The notes beneath the pieces were generated by a model. That model was not told the origin of the DNA. It was given only the letters and a program-made list of their open reading frames with translations, and did not search any database. From Lingula anatina (Eukaryota > Animalia > Brachiopoda): 64,000 bases of DNA. A program made the translations under genes and the position numbers. This document shows positions 63,301 to 64,000 of this stretch, piece after piece; the first letter of the stretch is position 1, and each line of letters starts with the position of its first letter. Where the stretch lies: NCBI GenBank assembly GCA_051362555.1, contig CM120643.1, forward strand, positions 29,082,848 through 29,146,847, given 5' to 3'.

Positions 63301-64000
63301 ATGCTGTTCAAAGTGAGCACGACTTTTAAGGCTCAAATTAGACAGCACGATACGAAAATGTCCTAAGAAAAGACTAAATATTATTATGTACCTTGTAACA
63401 GCTAAATAGCAGCCACATACATTTATAAAACTGTTATATCGATCATAAACCATGTAACTAAAAATATAAATACCAATAAATATAGATTACAAGCAAAAAC
63501 TTGAACCATTCCAGTTGTCAACTGCGGCGACCCCGGCACGCCCTCTTCCGGCAGTCGTTCCATGACAGCCACCACCTACCAGAGCACCGTCACCTACAGC
63601 TGTAACACCGGGTACAGGATCTCTGGAGGTGTGGTCAGGACATGTCAGGCCAATGGACAGTGGAGTGGATCTCTACCCTCCTGTCCGAGTGAGTGAGATG
63701 GTGACGTATAGGGTGGTGGGGGTTTAAGTTTTAGGCCACACAGTGAAAGTTCGATGTTGTATAAATTTTAATTTTCCTGGAATATCTACTCTCTAGGCTA
63801 CTCGTTATCACTAAGGTAGGCCTACACTGTACTATATCAAAAACTGTTTACAGAATTTTGATTCCACAAAACTTTTTGTAGTTAAAAGAATTTTCAGCAT
63901 CTTATAAATAATTTTTTCAAGACCTGAAGAAATCCCGCTCACCCATGACCTCTATTCCATGTTGCAGTAATATCATGCGGCGCCACTCCCCCACTCCCCA
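60057..64000 (+). CDS. Secreted TSP1 + EGF-like + Sushi/CCP-repeat protein, 5' part (continues beyond the window)
   Basis: Exons 60057-60154 (signal peptide MKGYLTLICCSVFLILLSSKVFC), 61756-62018 (RVKR sites; WSAWTSWTGCSARCGNG), 62411-62599 (GIRTRTHTR...CAQPCQNGG...CLCTLQFKGTCCE), 63032-63211 and 63515-63688 (two CCP modules, C..PG.P...Y.C..GY...G...R.C..NG.W.G..P.C), and 63968 to the end (third CCP starts). Phases are consistent. Confidence 0.9.

Overview
AT-rich, intron-rich animal genomic DNA, most consistent with a marine invertebrate bilaterian (inferred from gene content and repeat types; species not determined). It is not prokaryotic, and most short ORFs in the track are noise. Reading splice sites and codon phases by hand gives seven spliced protein-coding genes. 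(1) A coiled-coil plus C-type lectin gene (+, ~3.3-5.4 kb, 5' end unresolved). (2) A complete DOK4/5/6-like PH+PTB adaptor (-, 8014-14750). (3) CNEP1R1/TMEM188 (+, 20940-23763), which carries a U12-type intron. (4, 5) Two tandem paralogues of a secreted protein that alternates canonical and atypical EGF modules (-, 24643-30177 and 32400-39248). (6) An XK-like multi-pass membrane protein with a 23-Cys loop (-, 45421-48236). (7) The 5' part of a secreted TSP1-EGF-Sushi protein (+, 60057 to window end). MITEs, a SINE, a LINE remnant, an LTR fragment and minisatellites lie between and within them. The most unusual signals are: a 20-copy 26-bp minisatellite built from a DOK splice acceptor; an ~8-kb array that multiplies the putative ATG+donor first exon of the XK-like gene; an LTR fused to a copy of mature tRNA-Ala that appears to record base modifications; and an EGF paralogue pair that seems to differ by a GPI-signal-like exon. 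All gene models are manual predictions with no transcript or database support.
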